DNA of 64,000 nt. Source: Myxococcota bacterium. Its GTDB lineage: Bacteria; Myxococcota_A; UBA9160; PR03. The stretch's first letter is position 1. Every line of letters begins with the position of its first letter. Below are positions 27,304 through 38,628 of this stretch, one piece after another. Made by a program: the position numbers and the translations under genes. The notes beneath the pieces were generated by a model. The model saw only the letters and a list, made by a program, of their open reading frames with translations. It did not search any database and was not told where the DNA came from. Location: assembly GCA_041611735.1 (NCBI GenBank), contig JBFIML010000007.1:1-64000 (forward strand), given 5' to 3'.

Positions 27304-27627
27304 CTAGACCGGGACTTCGTCTTCGCGTCCCACCGGGTGCGACGGGGGCGACCCGTCGACCATCTCCTTGAGCTCCTTGCCGACCTTGAAGAAGGGGGTC
27401 CTCTTGGCCGGAATGTGGACCATGTCCCCGGTCTTCGGGTTGCGGCCCTCCCGGGCCTCGCGCACCTTGACCTGGAAGCTCCCGAAGCCGCGGATCTCGA
27501 TCCGCTCTCCGCGCTGCAGCGCGTCGGTCATGGCGTCGAAGATGGTGTTGACCACCACCTCCGTGTCCTTCTTGGAGATGTGGGGCGTCTGCTCCGCCAC
27601 CTTCTCGATCAATCCGCTCTTGGTCAT
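27304..27627 (-). CDS. ihfB: Integration host factor beta subunit
   Basis: MTKSGLI, RIEIRGFGSF, GRNPKTG, PFFKVGKELKE. Confidence 0.95.
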   Translation of the reverse strand: MTKSGLIEKVAEQTPHISKKDTEVVVNTIFDAMTDALQRGERIEIRGFGSFQVKVREAREGRNPKTGDMVHIPAKRTPFFKVGKELKEMVDGSPPSHPVGREDEVPV

Positions 27628-27648
27628 GATCGTCCCCCGCGGCCCGGC

Positions 27649-29364
27649 CTACTCCTCACCCGAGGAGTCGTCGGCCTTGCGCCCGAGCTTCTCGGCCAGT
27701 AGCTCGCCGAGCGTGGTGGTCTGGCTCTGGGCCTGCTGTGCAGCGATCCGCTTGAGCGCCTCGCGCTGCTCCTTGTCGTGGACCACCCGCATGGAGAGGG
27801 CGATCTTCTGCTCCACCGGATCCACCTTCATCACGATCGCCTTGACCGTCTCGCCCGGCTTCACGACGTCCGAGGGTTTGCCCACCGGCTCGCCGGACAG
27901 CTCGGAGCTGTAGACCAGGCCCTCGATGCCCTCCTGCAGCTTCACGAAGGCACCAAAGTCCGTGATGCTGGTGACCTCGCCGCTGATCTCGCTGCCCACC
28001 GGATAGCGCTTCTGGATGTCGTCCCAGGGGTTCGGCTCGAGCTGCTTGATGCCCAGGGAGAACTTCTCGTTCTCCTTGTCGATCTTGAGCACCACCGCCT
28101 CCACCTCGTCGCCCTTCTCGAACTTCTCGCTCGGGTGCTTGATCTGCTCGGTCCAGGACACGTCGGAGACGTGGATGAGCCCGTCGATGCCCTCCTCCAA
28201 GCCGATGAAGACGCCGAAGTTCGTCACGTTCTTGACCGCACCACGCACGCGGGTCCCGACCGGGTACTTGTGCTCGATCTGGTCCCACGGGTTGGGCTCG
28301 ATCTGCTTCATGCCCAGCGAGATCTTCCGATTGCCCTCGTCGATGTCGAGGACCACCGCCTCCACCTCGTCGCCCACGGAGACCACCTTGGAGGGATGCT
28401 TGATGCGCTTGGTCCACGACATCTCGGAGACGTGGATCAGACCCTCGATGCCGGGCTCCAGCTCCACGAAGGCGCCGTAGTCGGTAAGGGACACGACCTT
28501 GCCGCGCACCCGCTTGCCGATCGGATGCTTGAGACCGGCGTCCACCCACGGATCGGGCTGGATCTGCTTGAGACCGAGCGAGACGCGCTCGGTATCCGGA
28601 TCGAACTTGAGCACCTTGACCTTGATCTCGTCCCCGACCCGGAAGAGCTCGCCCGGATGGTTCACGCGTCCCCAGGACATGTCGGTAACGTGCAACAGGC
28701 CATCGATCCCGCCGAGGTCGATGAAGGCGCCGTAGTCCGTAATGTTCTTGATGATGCCATCAACGATCTGGCCCACCTGCAGGGTCTCGAGCGTGTCGCG
28801 GCGCTGCTGTTCGCGCTCCTTCTCGAGCAGGACGCGCCGCGAGAGCACGATGTTGCCACGGCGCTTGTTGAACTTGATGATCTTGAAGCGGTGACGCTCC
28901 CCGATGATGTGCTCCAGGTTGCGCACGGGACGCAGGTCCACCTGGGAGCCGGGCAGGAAGGCCTTCACGCCGATGTCCACGGAGAGCCCGCCCTTTACGC
29001 GCGAGACGATGACCCCCTCCACGGCCTGGTCGGCTTCGTAGGCGCGGCTGATCTCGTCCCACACCTTGAGGCGGTCGGCCTTCTCCTTGGAGAGGACGAT
29101 GCGGCCCTCTTCGTCCTCGAGCTCCTCGACGAGCACGTCGACCCGGTCGCCCGGCTTGACGAGGACGCGTCCCTCCTCGTCCATGAACTCCCACACCGGG
29201 ATCATCCCCTCGGACTTGAAACCGACGTCCACCTGCACGTTCTCGTCGTCCACCGAGAGCACCTTGCCCGTGACGAGCTCACCGTCCTTGAAGCTCCGGA
29301 GCGTGCTCTCGAAGAGCTCGGCGAAGCTGTCTCCACCGGCCCGTTCTCCCGTTTGTTGACTCAT
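27649..29364 (-). CDS. rpsA: 30S ribosomal protein S1
   Basis: Six S1 repeats (AFLPGSQVD, DYGAFIDLGGIDGLLHVTDMSW, etc.). ATG at 29364. Confidence 0.97.
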   Translation of the reverse strand: MSQQTGERAGGDSFAELFESTLRSFKDGELVTGKVLSVDDENVQVDVGFKSEGMIPVWEFMDEEGRVLVKPGDRVDVLVEELEDEEGRIVLSKEKADRLKVWDEISRAYEADQAVEGVIVSRVKGGLSVDIGVKAFLPGSQVDLRPVRNLEHIIGERHRFKIIKFNKRRGNIVLSRRVLLEKEREQQRRDTLETLQVGQIVDGIIKNITDYGAFIDLGGIDGLLHVTDMSWGRVNHPGELFRVGDEIKVKVLKFDPDTERVSLGLKQIQPDPWVDAGLKHPIGKRVRGKVVSLTDYGAFVELEPGIEGLIHVSEMSWTKRIKHPSKVVSVGDEVEAVVLDIDEGNRKISLGMKQIEPNPWDQIEHKYPVGTRVRGAVKNVTNFGVFIGLEEGIDGLIHVSDVSWTEQIKHPSEKFEKGDEVEAVVLKIDKENEKFSLGIKQLEPNPWDDIQKRYPVGSEISGEVTSITDFGAFVKLQEGIEGLVYSSELSGEPVGKPSDVVKPGETVKAIVMKVDPVEQKIALSMRVVHDKEQREALKRIAAQQAQSQTTTLGELLAEKLGRKADDSSGEE

Positions 29365-30326
29365 GCGCTGGACCGCTCTCCTTTCCGGGCCGCCGTCGCC
29401 GGCCCGCTGGGTTCCTGCTCCGTCCGGCGCGGGGGGCGCCCGACGCCGGTCTGTCCGCCTTCGCCCGCCTCCGGAAGCATCCGTTCCAGCGCGGCCCGAC
29501 CCTCCGCCAGCAGCCGCGCTGCCGTCCGTGCATCGCCCGCCTCGAGGACCCGCACCAGCTCCGCCAGTTTCTGCCCGACGCGCGCCAGCGGCTCGGCCAG
29601 CGCCTTGCGGTTGGCGTCGAGGATGCCGCTCCAGAGCTCCGGATCGCTGCGCGCGATGCGCGTGAAGTCGCGGAATCCCGGGCCAGCCACCTCGCCGGAC
29701 CGCGGCGGCGCCGAAGCGAGGGCCCGTCCGAAGGCGAAGGCGAGAGCATGGGGAACGTGGCTGACCCACGCCACCTCCAGGTCGTGGGCCGCCGGCGCCC
29801 GCAGCACCAGCCGGGCCCCGAGGGCCCGCCACAGGGCCTCGATCCGCGCCTGGGCCCGGGGATCCGTGTCCGGCCCCGGGGTCACCACGCAGGTGGCGCC
29901 CTCGAAGAGATCGGGCCGGGCCCGATCCACCCCGCCCCGGTGCCCCCCGGCCATGGGATGGGAGCCCACGTAGCAGGCTCCGGCGGGCAGCAGGCCCGGG
30001 AGGGTCTCGGCCAGCACGCCCTTCACGCTGCCCACGTCGGTCACCAGGGCGCCCGGGGCCAGGAGCGGCGCCACCCGCTGCAGCAGCTCCGCCATGGCCT
30101 CCACCGGGGTCGCGAGCACCAGCAGGTCGGCTCCCGCCGCGGCCCGGCCCGGATCCACCTCGACCCGATCCGCGATCCCCCGCCGCAGCGCCCCCTCCAG
30201 GGCTTCCCGGCGGCGGCCGCTCCCCACCACCTCCCGGGCCAGGCCACGCTCCCGCACCGCCCAGGCCAGCGAGCCGCCCAGCAGGCCGAGCCCGAGCACC
30301 GCCAGCCGCTCGAAACCGGGGCTCAC
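29361..30326 (-). CDS. tyrA: Prephenate/arogenate dehydrogenase
   Basis: GLGLLGGSLA, TDVGSVK, GSHPMAG, SHVPH, GFRDFTRIA. Confidence 0.93.
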   Translation of the reverse strand: MSPGFERLAVLGLGLLGGSLAWAVRERGLAREVVGSGRRREALEGALRRGIADRVEVDPGRAAAGADLLVLATPVEAMAELLQRVAPLLAPGALVTDVGSVKGVLAETLPGLLPAGACYVGSHPMAGGHRGGVDRARPDLFEGATCVVTPGPDTDPRAQARIEALWRALGARLVLRAPAAHDLEVAWVSHVPHALAFAFGRALASAPPRSGEVAGPGFRDFTRIARSDPELWSGILDANRKALAEPLARVGQKLAELVRVLEAGDARTAARLLAEGRAALERMLPEAGEGGQTGVGRPPRRTEQEPSGPATAARKGERSSA

Positions 30327-31420
30327 GCCCGCCCCTCCCGCAAGCGCCGCAACGCCTTCACGAGCCGCTCGTTCTCCTCGGGCCGGCCCACCGTGATGCG
30401 CACGTGCTCCGGCAGGCCGAAGCCCGCCATGGGACGCACGATCACCCCCTCGTGGAGCAGCCGCTCGTAGACGCCGGCGCCGACCCGGACCAGGACGAAG
30501 TTCGCGTCGCTCGGCACCACCTCGAGGCCGAGGCCGGTGAGCTCCCGGTTGAGCGTCTCGAGGCCTTCGGCGTTGACGCGCTGCGACGCCGCCACGTGGG
30601 CGTCGTCGTCCAGGGCCGCCAGGGCAGCGGCCTCCGCCACCAGGTTCACGTTGAAGGGGTGGCGCGCCCGCTCGAGGTAGGAGGCCAGCTCCGGGTCGGC
30701 GACCCCGTAGCCGATGCGCAGCCCCGCGAGCCCGTAGATCTTGGAGAAGGTGCGCAGCACGATGGTGCCCGGACGACGGGCGGTCCAGGCCAGGGCGTCG
30801 GGGAAATCGGGACGGCGCGCGTACTCCCGGTAGGCCTCGTCGACCACCAGCACGGCGCCCGACGGCAGGCGCTCCGCGAAGCGGTCGAAAGCGTCGGCGC
30901 CCACGCTGGTTGCGGTCGGATTGTTCGGGTTGCACACGAAGACGAGCTGGGTGCGGGGGGTCACCGCCGCCGCCAGGGCGTCCAGGTCGTGCACGAAGCC
31001 GGCGCTGAGAGGCACCGCCACCGGGGTGGCGCCCATGCCCCGCACCACGATCGGGTACATGGCGAAGGACGGCCAGGCGTGGACCGCCTCGTCCCCGGGG
31101 CCGAGGAAGGCCTTGGCCAGCAGCTCCAGGATCTCGTCGGAGCCGGTCCCGAACACCAGGCGCTCGCCGGGGACGCCGAGGCGCTCGGCGAGCCGGGCGC
31201 GCAGGGCAAAGCTCGCGCCGTCCGGATAGCGGTGCACGCGCTCGGCACAGGCCCGGATGGCCGCCACGGCCCGCGGTGAAGGCCCGAGGGGATTCTCGTT
31301 GGAGGCGAGCTTGGCGGCGCCGGCGATGCCGAGCTCGCGCTCCAGCTCCTCGATGGGCTTGCCCGGGACGTAGGGCTGGAGGGAGGCGATGTGCGGCTTC
31401 ACGCGTTTCGCCAGGCTCAC
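30323..31420 (-). CDS. hisC: Histidinol-phosphate aminotransferase
   Basis: YVPGKP, KLASNENP, CNPNNPT, DEAY, RTFSKIYGLAGLRIGY. Confidence 0.94.
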   Translation of the reverse strand: MSLAKRVKPHIASLQPYVPGKPIEELERELGIAGAAKLASNENPLGPSPRAVAAIRACAERVHRYPDGASFALRARLAERLGVPGERLVFGTGSDEILELLAKAFLGPGDEAVHAWPSFAMYPIVVRGMGATPVAVPLSAGFVHDLDALAAAVTPRTQLVFVCNPNNPTATSVGADAFDRFAERLPSGAVLVVDEAYREYARRPDFPDALAWTARRPGTIVLRTFSKIYGLAGLRIGYGVADPELASYLERARHPFNVNLVAEAAALAALDDDAHVAASQRVNAEGLETLNRELTGLGLEVVPSDANFVLVRVGAGVYERLLHEGVIVRPMAGFGLPEHVRITVGRPEENERLVKALRRLREGRA

Positions 31421-32568
31421 GGGCGCGCCCCGGGGCCGGGCGAAGCGACCGGGGTGGTGCGCGGAAACGAGCCCAGCAGCTTGGTGGAGTGAGCGCGGCT
31501 CGCCGCCTCCTCCAGCGCCTTGGCCACGGCCGGCTCGTCGCGGTGCCCCTCCACGTCCAGGAAGAAGCGGTACTCCCAGGGCTTGCCCGAGATGGGCCGC
31601 GACTGGATGGCGGCCAGGTTCACAGCGTGGCGGGCGAAGGGCTCGAGCAAGCGGTGCAGGGCGCCCGCCTCGTCCTTGCGCACCGTGAACACCACCAGCG
31701 TCAGGTCGTTGCCGCTGGGCGGCGGGGCCTGGCGCCCGATCACCAGGAAGCGGGTCGTGTTGTCGCGCCGGTCCTCGATGGCCGCAGCCGCCACCGCGAG
31801 CCCGTAGGTCTCGGCGGCGATGGCGCTTCCCACCGCGGCGACCGCCGCGTCCGCGGCCGCCAGGTGCGCCGCGGCGGCCGTGCTCGGCGTCTCCACGCGC
31901 TCCAGGCCCGCCAGGTGGCGGTCGAGCCACTGCCGGCACTGGGCCAGGGCCTGGGGGTGCGAAGCCACGCGGCGCACGTCTCCGAGACTTCCGCTCCGGG
32001 AGATCAGGTGGTGGGAGACCCGCAGCACGATCTCGGCGCAGATGGTGAGGGGGCTGTCCACGAAGGCGTCCAGCGTCTCGGTCACCGTGCCCTGCGTCGT
32101 GTTCTCGACCGGCACCACACCGAGCTCGGCGACGCCGCGCTCCACCGCGGCGAACACCTCGGCGATCGAGGTCGCGGGCTCGAGCGGAGCGCTGGCGCCG
32201 AACTGCTGCCGCGCGGCCAGGTGACCGAAGGTGCCGGCGGGCCCGAGGAAGGCCACCCGGAGCCCCTGCTCCAGGGAACGCGTGGCCGAGATGATCTCAC
32301 GGAAGACGGCCTGGAGTGCCGGGCTCGGGAAGGGACCCGGATTGCCCGCCACCAGGCGCGCCACCAGATCCCGTTCACGAGCCGCCGCGTAGACGGGCGC
32401 CGCGGCCCGGCGCTTGAGGCGCCCCACCTCCTGACCGAGCCGGGCCCGCTCGTTCAGGGCCTCGAGCAGCGCGGCGTCGATGCGGTCGATGGCCTCGCGC
32501 AGCCGTTCGAGCTCCTGGCGCAGCTCCAGAGGCTCCGGAGCAGCGGTCTGGTCGCGGGATCCGGTCAT
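31417..32568 (-). CDS. pheA: Chorismate mutase/prephenate dehydratase (P-protein)
   Basis: LRE-IDRID--LL--LNER, GVVPVENT, SHPQALAQC, NTTRFLVIG, ACT domain QSRP. Confidence 0.95.
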   Translation of the reverse strand: MTGSRDQTAAPEPLELRQELERLREAIDRIDAALLEALNERARLGQEVGRLKRRAAAPVYAAARERDLVARLVAGNPGPFPSPALQAVFREIISATRSLEQGLRVAFLGPAGTFGHLAARQQFGASAPLEPATSIAEVFAAVERGVAELGVVPVENTTQGTVTETLDAFVDSPLTICAEIVLRVSHHLISRSGSLGDVRRVASHPQALAQCRQWLDRHLAGLERVETPSTAAAAHLAAADAAVAAVGSAIAAETYGLAVAAAAIEDRRDNTTRFLVIGRQAPPPSGNDLTLVVFTVRKDEAGALHRLLEPFARHAVNLAAIQSRPISGKPWEYRFFLDVEGHRDEPAVAKALEEAASRAHSTKLLGSFPRTTPVASPGPGARP

Positions 32569-32770
32569 GCTCCCGTCCGTCGTGGGGGGGGCCGAGCGTT
32601 CGCTGCACGGGGGAGTCCGCCTCGCGGGAGTCGCGCTAACCCCCTGAAAAGTGGGCGGGAAGGTATCCGAGGGCAACAGCAGCCGCAAATGCGCCGAGCC
32701 GCGTTCCGCTGCTCCGGCGCGGGGTTGCGGCTCCGGGCTGGCCTGGGGCGGAAACCCGTCGGACCCCGCA

Positions 32771-32798
32771 TCAAGGCGAGAGGCCCTGTGGTCGATAG
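32771..32798 (+). promoter_or_regulatory. Putative sigma28-type promoter for the diguanylate cyclase gene
   Basis: TCAAG-N15-GTCGATAG, 27 nt upstream of the ATG. Confidence 0.6.
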
Positions 32799-32825
32799 GC
32801 GGAGAACCCCCGGAGCGGCGAAGCC

Positions 32826-34487
32826 ATGCCCGTAAGCCAGGCCCCCCCCCGTCGGAGCCCCCGCCAATCCCTGGCGACGAAGATCATCTTCTTCGTCTTC
32901 GTGTCCACGTTCGTGACGGCGCTGGTGGTCACGGGCATCTCCGTGCACTCCACCTACGCGTTCCTGCGCCGGGACATCGACCGCAGCTTTCCGGCCGCCC
33001 TGGAGCGGACCAGCGAGCGTTTGACGAACTGGCTGACGGACGGCCGCCTCCGGGTGGAGGAGATCGCGCGCAACGAGCGGCTTCGTAGCTGGCTGCTGGC
33101 TCGCCTGAACGAGGACCCCCTCGGGGAGGTTTCCGCGGGCCTGGACCCGATCCTCCAGGAGGAGCTGAGCCACGCCCGCACCTTCTCGAGTCTCGTGGTG
33201 CTGGACGCGGCGGGACGCGTGCGGGGGGCGATCGGGACCGACGCCGCCCCGTCCGAGGGGCTGCCGCCGGAGCTGGCCGGGTCCGCCTCCGCCACCCTGC
33301 GAGCCGTGAGCCTGGGCGGCGGCCCCATCCCCGTGGCCTCGGCACCGCTTCTCGACGGCGGGGGCCGCAAGCTCGGCTCGGTTCACGGGATCTTCCGACG
33401 CGACGGGCTCGCGACCCAGCTGCGCAGCGACCTGCTCGGGAACACGGGCAACGTGACCGTGGTGGACACCCAGGGGCTCGTGCTCACGGCGAGCCGCCAG
33501 CAGGGCGAGGATCGCGTGCCCCTCCAGGACCTGCTCGGCAACGACCGCCCCGAGGTGCGCGAGTTCGTCGCCGCCGACGGTCGCCGGGCCATCGGCATCG
33601 CGAAGCCGCTCGACCCCTTCGGATGGAACCTCGTGATCCACCAGCCCTTCGACCGGGCCTTCGAGCCGGTCTACTCGGTGGTCGGACGCATCCTGCTGAT
33701 CGACCTCGTGATCGTGCTGGCCTTCAGCTTCGCCGCCTGGAAGGTGACGGCGGCGGTGGTCCATCCGATCACGGCCCTCTACGAGGGCGCGCGCCGCATC
33801 TCCCAGGGCGAGCTCGAGGTCGAGCTGCCGGACACCCGCTCCCAGGACGAGGTGGGGCTGCTGACGCGCACCTTCAACGACATGATCCAGCGGTTGCGCA
33901 AGGACCGGCACGAGATCGAATCGGCCTACGAACGGCTCCAGGAGCAGAGCGACGAGCTGCAGCGGGCCAACGAGGTGCTCGAACAGCTCTCGATCACGGA
34001 CGGGCTCACCCGGCTCCACAACCACCGCTACTTCCAGGAGCACCTGACCCGCGAGATCAAGCGCGTGAGCCGGACCAACGAGCCCCTCTCCATGCTCGTG
34101 ATCGACATCGACGACTTCAAGCGGCTGAACGACCGCCTCGGGCACGCGGCAGGCGACGAGCTGCTGGTGCGCATCGCCCGGACCCTGAACGAATCGGTGC
34201 GCGCTTCGGACCTGCTGGCGCGCTATGGCGGCGAGGAGTTCGTGGTGCTCGCACCCGGCACGGAGACCGAGGGCGCCGTGAACCTGGCCGAGAAGATCCG
34301 CACCGCGGTGGCCGAGAGCTCCTTCATCCTCGACGACTCCATGCGCCTCACCCGGGTCACCGTCTCGATCGGGGTGGCCCGCTACGCCGGCAGCCGCCGC
34401 GACTTCTTCGAGGCCGCGGACAAGTCCCTGTATCGCGCCAAGGCGGCCGGCAAGAACTGCGTGATGGCGGCCGAAGAGGCCGCGTAG
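32826..34487 (+). CDS. Membrane sensor diguanylate cyclase (TM-dCache-like-TM-HAMP-GGDEF)
   Basis: Two TM segments, HAMP (DEVGLLTRTFNDM), TDGLTRLHN, RASD I-site, YGGEEF, AD--LYRAK--GKN. Confidence 0.92.
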   Translation: MPVSQAPPRRSPRQSLATKIIFFVFVSTFVTALVVTGISVHSTYAFLRRDIDRSFPAALERTSERLTNWLTDGRLRVEEIARNERLRSWLLARLNEDPLGEVSAGLDPILQEELSHARTFSSLVVLDAAGRVRGAIGTDAAPSEGLPPELAGSASATLRAVSLGGGPIPVASAPLLDGGGRKLGSVHGIFRRDGLATQLRSDLLGNTGNVTVVDTQGLVLTASRQQGEDRVPLQDLLGNDRPEVREFVAADGRRAIGIAKPLDPFGWNLVIHQPFDRAFEPVYSVVGRILLIDLVIVLAFSFAAWKVTAAVVHPITALYEGARRISQGELEVELPDTRSQDEVGLLTRTFNDMIQRLRKDRHEIESAYERLQEQSDELQRANEVLEQLSITDGLTRLHNHRYFQEHLTREIKRVSRTNEPLSMLVIDIDDFKRLNDRLGHAAGDELLVRIARTLNESVRASDLLARYGGEEFVVLAPGTETEGAVNLAEKIRTAVAESSFILDDSMRLTRVTVSIGVARYAGSRRDFFEAADKSLYRAKAAGKNCVMAAEEAA

Positions 34488-34569
34488 CGCCCCTTCTCCA
34501 TCCCGTCCGCCGCACGGGCAGCCGCGTCGCCGCCTTGTGAGCGCCGCGGGCGCCTGCCATGCTGGCCGG

Positions 34570-35172
34570 ATGACGCGCGTGGTCGGGCTCACCGGCGGGG
34601 TCGGCACCGGCAAGAGCAGCGTGGCCCGCCTGCTGGCCGAGCTCGGCGCCGTGGTGATCGACGCCGACGCCATCGTCCACGAGCTGCAAGCGCCGGGCTC
34701 GCCGCTCCTCGTCGAGATGGTGGAAGCCTTCGGTCCGGGGATCCTCGACGCCGAGGGGAATCTCGATCGCGCCCGGCTCGGCGAGCTCGTCTTCCGAGAC
34801 GAGGGCCTGCGCGCACGGCTGAACGCGCTGGTGCATCCGCGCGTCGCGCTGGAGATGGCGCGTCGCCTGGAGGAGGCGCGCTCCGCGGGGATGCCGCTCG
34901 TGGTGCTCGACATCCCGCTCCTGTTCGAGACCCGGGGAGCCGGAGGCGGGCTCGAGGCCGTCGTCGTGGTGTACGCCCCGGAGGAGACCCAGATCCAGCG
35001 CCTGATGGCCCGGGACGGTTTCGATCGGGCGGAGGCCGAGCGTCGCGTGCGGGCCCAGCTGCCGATCGAGGAGAAGCGGCGTCGGGCCGACCACGTGATC
35101 GACAACTCGGGGAGCCGGGCGAACACCGAGCGCCAGGTCCGCGCGCTCTGGGGGACGTTGTCGACGGGTTGA
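34570..35172 (+). CDS. coaE: Dephospho-CoA kinase
   Basis: VGLTGGVGTGKS, IDAD, LDRARLG--VF, DIPLLFE. Confidence 0.95.
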   Translation: MTRVVGLTGGVGTGKSSVARLLAELGAVVIDADAIVHELQAPGSPLLVEMVEAFGPGILDAEGNLDRARLGELVFRDEGLRARLNALVHPRVALEMARRLEEARSAGMPLVVLDIPLLFETRGAGGGLEAVVVVYAPEETQIQRLMARDGFDRAEAERRVRAQLPIEEKRRRADHVIDNSGSRANTERQVRALWGTLSTG

Positions 35173-35211
35173 CCGACTCCGGGGCGGTCCGTCCCGCCCC
35201 CCGGGAAGAGG

Positions 35212-36014
35212 TCAATGGGTCGAGAACGTCCCCGTCTTGAGCTCGGCGACGAAGCGGGCGGCGGACGTGACGGCCTGCTCGCGCGACCCGGCGGCGGCGA
35301 TGCGCTCCACGAGGGCGCTCCCCACCACCACGCCGTCCGCGAAGCGCGCGATGGCCCGGACCTGGGCGACGGTCTTCACGCCGAAGCCCACGCAGACGGG
35401 CACGTCCGAGAGGCGCCGCACCCGGGCGACGCCGCCCTCGAGCTCGCGCGGCAGCTCGTCGCGGGCGCCGGTCACGCCCGTCAGGGAGACGTAGTAGAGG
35501 AAGCCGCGGGTGCGGGCAGCCAGGCGGGCCAGGCGTTCCTCGGTGGTGGTGGGCGCGGCGAGCAGGACCGGTGCGATCCCGTGCTCCTCCACAGCCGCAA
35601 ACAGGGACTCCCCCTCCTCCGGGGGGAGATCCGCCACGATCACCCCGTCCACCCCCGCGGCTGCCGCCGCCTCGGCGAAGCCGCCCTCCCCGAGGGCGTA
35701 GACCGGATTCGCGTAACCCATCAGCACCAACGGAACATCCACCTGTGGACGCAGGGTTTTCACGAGCTCGAGGATCCGCCGCAGCGAAGCTCCGCCGCGC
35801 AGCGCCCGCTCGCTGGCCCGCTGAATCGTGGGGCCCTCCGCGATCGGGTCCGAGAAGGGCACGCCCAGCTCGATCACGTCCGCCCCGGCCTCGGCCAGGG
35901 CCACCACGATCGCCCCGGTGGTGGCCAGGTCCGGGTCGCCGGCGGTGACGAACGGCACGAGGGCGCGCTCTCCGCGACTCCGCAAGGCGCGGAAGCGCTC
36001 CGCCAACCGGCCCA

Positions 36015-36015
<1 letters not shown>
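35212..36015 (-). CDS. trpA: Tryptophan synthase alpha chain
   Basis: FVTAGDP, ELGVPFSDP-AEGPTIQ, YYVSLTGVTG, VGFGV, DGVVVGSA. Confidence 0.96.
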
Positions 36016-37216
<1,201 letters not shown>

Positions 37217-37220
<4 letters not shown>

Positions 37221-37846
37221 TCGCTCTCCTCCGCCTGACGCACGGCCCGGATGAAGGCGGCGATGCGGGCCGGGTCCTTGCGGTGGCCCTCTCCCTCGAC
37301 GCCGGTGGCCACGTCGACGCCCCAGGGCAGCACGTCCCCCACTCCCGCCAGGGCCTCGGCCACGTTGGCGGAATTCAGACCGCCGGCCAGGATCACGTCG
37401 TGACCGGCGGCGATCAGGGCGCCCGCGTCGCTCCAGTTCCAGGCCTTGCCGATGCCGCCTCCGTCGCTCGGGTGGTCGAGCAGGAGGATCGTGCCCGGAT
37501 AGCGCTCCGCCGCCTCCGGGTCCGCGCCGCGGATCGCCTTGATGACGGGCAGATCCACCTCCTCCACCTCCTCGGGCGGCTCGTCGCCGTGGAGCTGGAT
37601 GCGCTCGACCTCGATGCGACGCAGCACCCGGTCCATGTCGGCTGCGGTGGGGTTGCGGAAGACCGCCACCCGCTCCACGCGACCTTCCACCCGCGTCGCG
37701 ATGGCCTCGGCGGCGCGCAGGTCCAGGGCGCGCGGTGAGCCCGGGACGAAGTTCAGTCCGAGTAGATCCGCCCCCGCGTCGACGGCCGCCGCGGCGTCGT
37801 CGGGGTGGATGACGCCACAGATCTTGATGCGAACACTCGCCGTCAC
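37217..37846 (-). CDS. trpF: Phosphoribosylanthranilate isomerase
   Basis: [26 protein letters not shown]. Confidence 0.92.
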
Positions 37847-38628
37847 GATGCTCCTCGTAGCCTCCTCAGCGCCAGGCCGACGTCCGGCTCGCGCATCAGC
37901 CCCTCGCCCACCAGAAGCGCATGGGCGCCGGCCGCCTCCAGCCGGCGCACGTCCTCGGGCCCGCACACCCCACTCTCGGCCACCACCACCACGCCTTCCG
38001 GCGCGCGCGGCGCCAGCCGCTCGGTCACCCCCAGATCCACCGCGAAGGTGCGCAGGTCCCGGTTGTTGATGCCGATCAGGTCTGCCCCGGCGGCCAGGGC
38101 CGTCTCGAGCTCGGCCTCGTCGTGCACCTCGACGAGGGCGTCCAGGCCGAGCTGCGCCGCCCGGGCGTGCAACGCGCCGAGCTGCGCGGGGTCCAGGGCC
38201 GCCACGATGAGCAGCACCGCGTCGGCGCCGTGGGCACGCGCCTCGTCCACCTGATAGGGGTCCAGCAGGAAGTCCTTGCGCAGGAGCGGCAGGGGCACGG
38301 CGCGTCGCACGGCGTCGAGCAGCACCAGCTCGCCTCCGAAGAAGCGCGTGTCCGTAAGCACGGACAGCGCGGCGGCACCCGCATCGGCGTAGGCCTTGGC
38401 GCAGCCCACCGGATCGAAGTCCGGCCGGATCTCGCCGCGGCTCGGCGAGCGGCGCTTGAGCTCCGCCACCACCCGCGGACGCGGGGCGCTGCGCAGCACC
38501 TCCCGGAAGCCGCGCGGCGGGTCGTCGCGGGCCGCCGCCCGGGCCGCCAGGTCCTCCGGCGCCAGGCTGCACTTGGCCTGCTCCACCTCGCGGCGCTTGT
38601 GCTCCAGGATCTCGGCGAGGATCGTCAC
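37843..38628 (-). CDS. trpC: Indole-3-glycerol phosphate synthase
   Basis: [39 protein letters not shown]. Confidence 0.95.
   Translation of the reverse strand: MTILAEILEHKRREVEQAKCSLAPEDLAARAAARDDPPRGFREVLRSAPRPRVVAELKRRSPSRGEIRPDFDPVGCAKAYADAGAAALSVLTDTRFFGGELVLLDAVRRAVPLPLLRKDFLLDPYQVDEARAHGADAVLLIVAALDPAQLGALHARAAQLGLDALVEVHDEAELETALAAGADLIGINNRDLRTFAVDLGVTERLAPRAPEGVVVVAESGVCGPEDVRRLEAAGAHALLVGEGLMREPDVGLALRRLRGAS

Noticed and set aside
32565-35126. Long antisense ORFs (also 14681..17566, 19236..21893, 27778..29973, 40669..43497)
   Set aside because: They are shadow frames opposite well-supported genes and show no independent motifs.
35181-35200. Hairpin GGGGCGG/CCGCCCC between convergent coaE and trpA
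   Set aside because: There is no U-tract on either strand, and such stems arise easily at this GC content.
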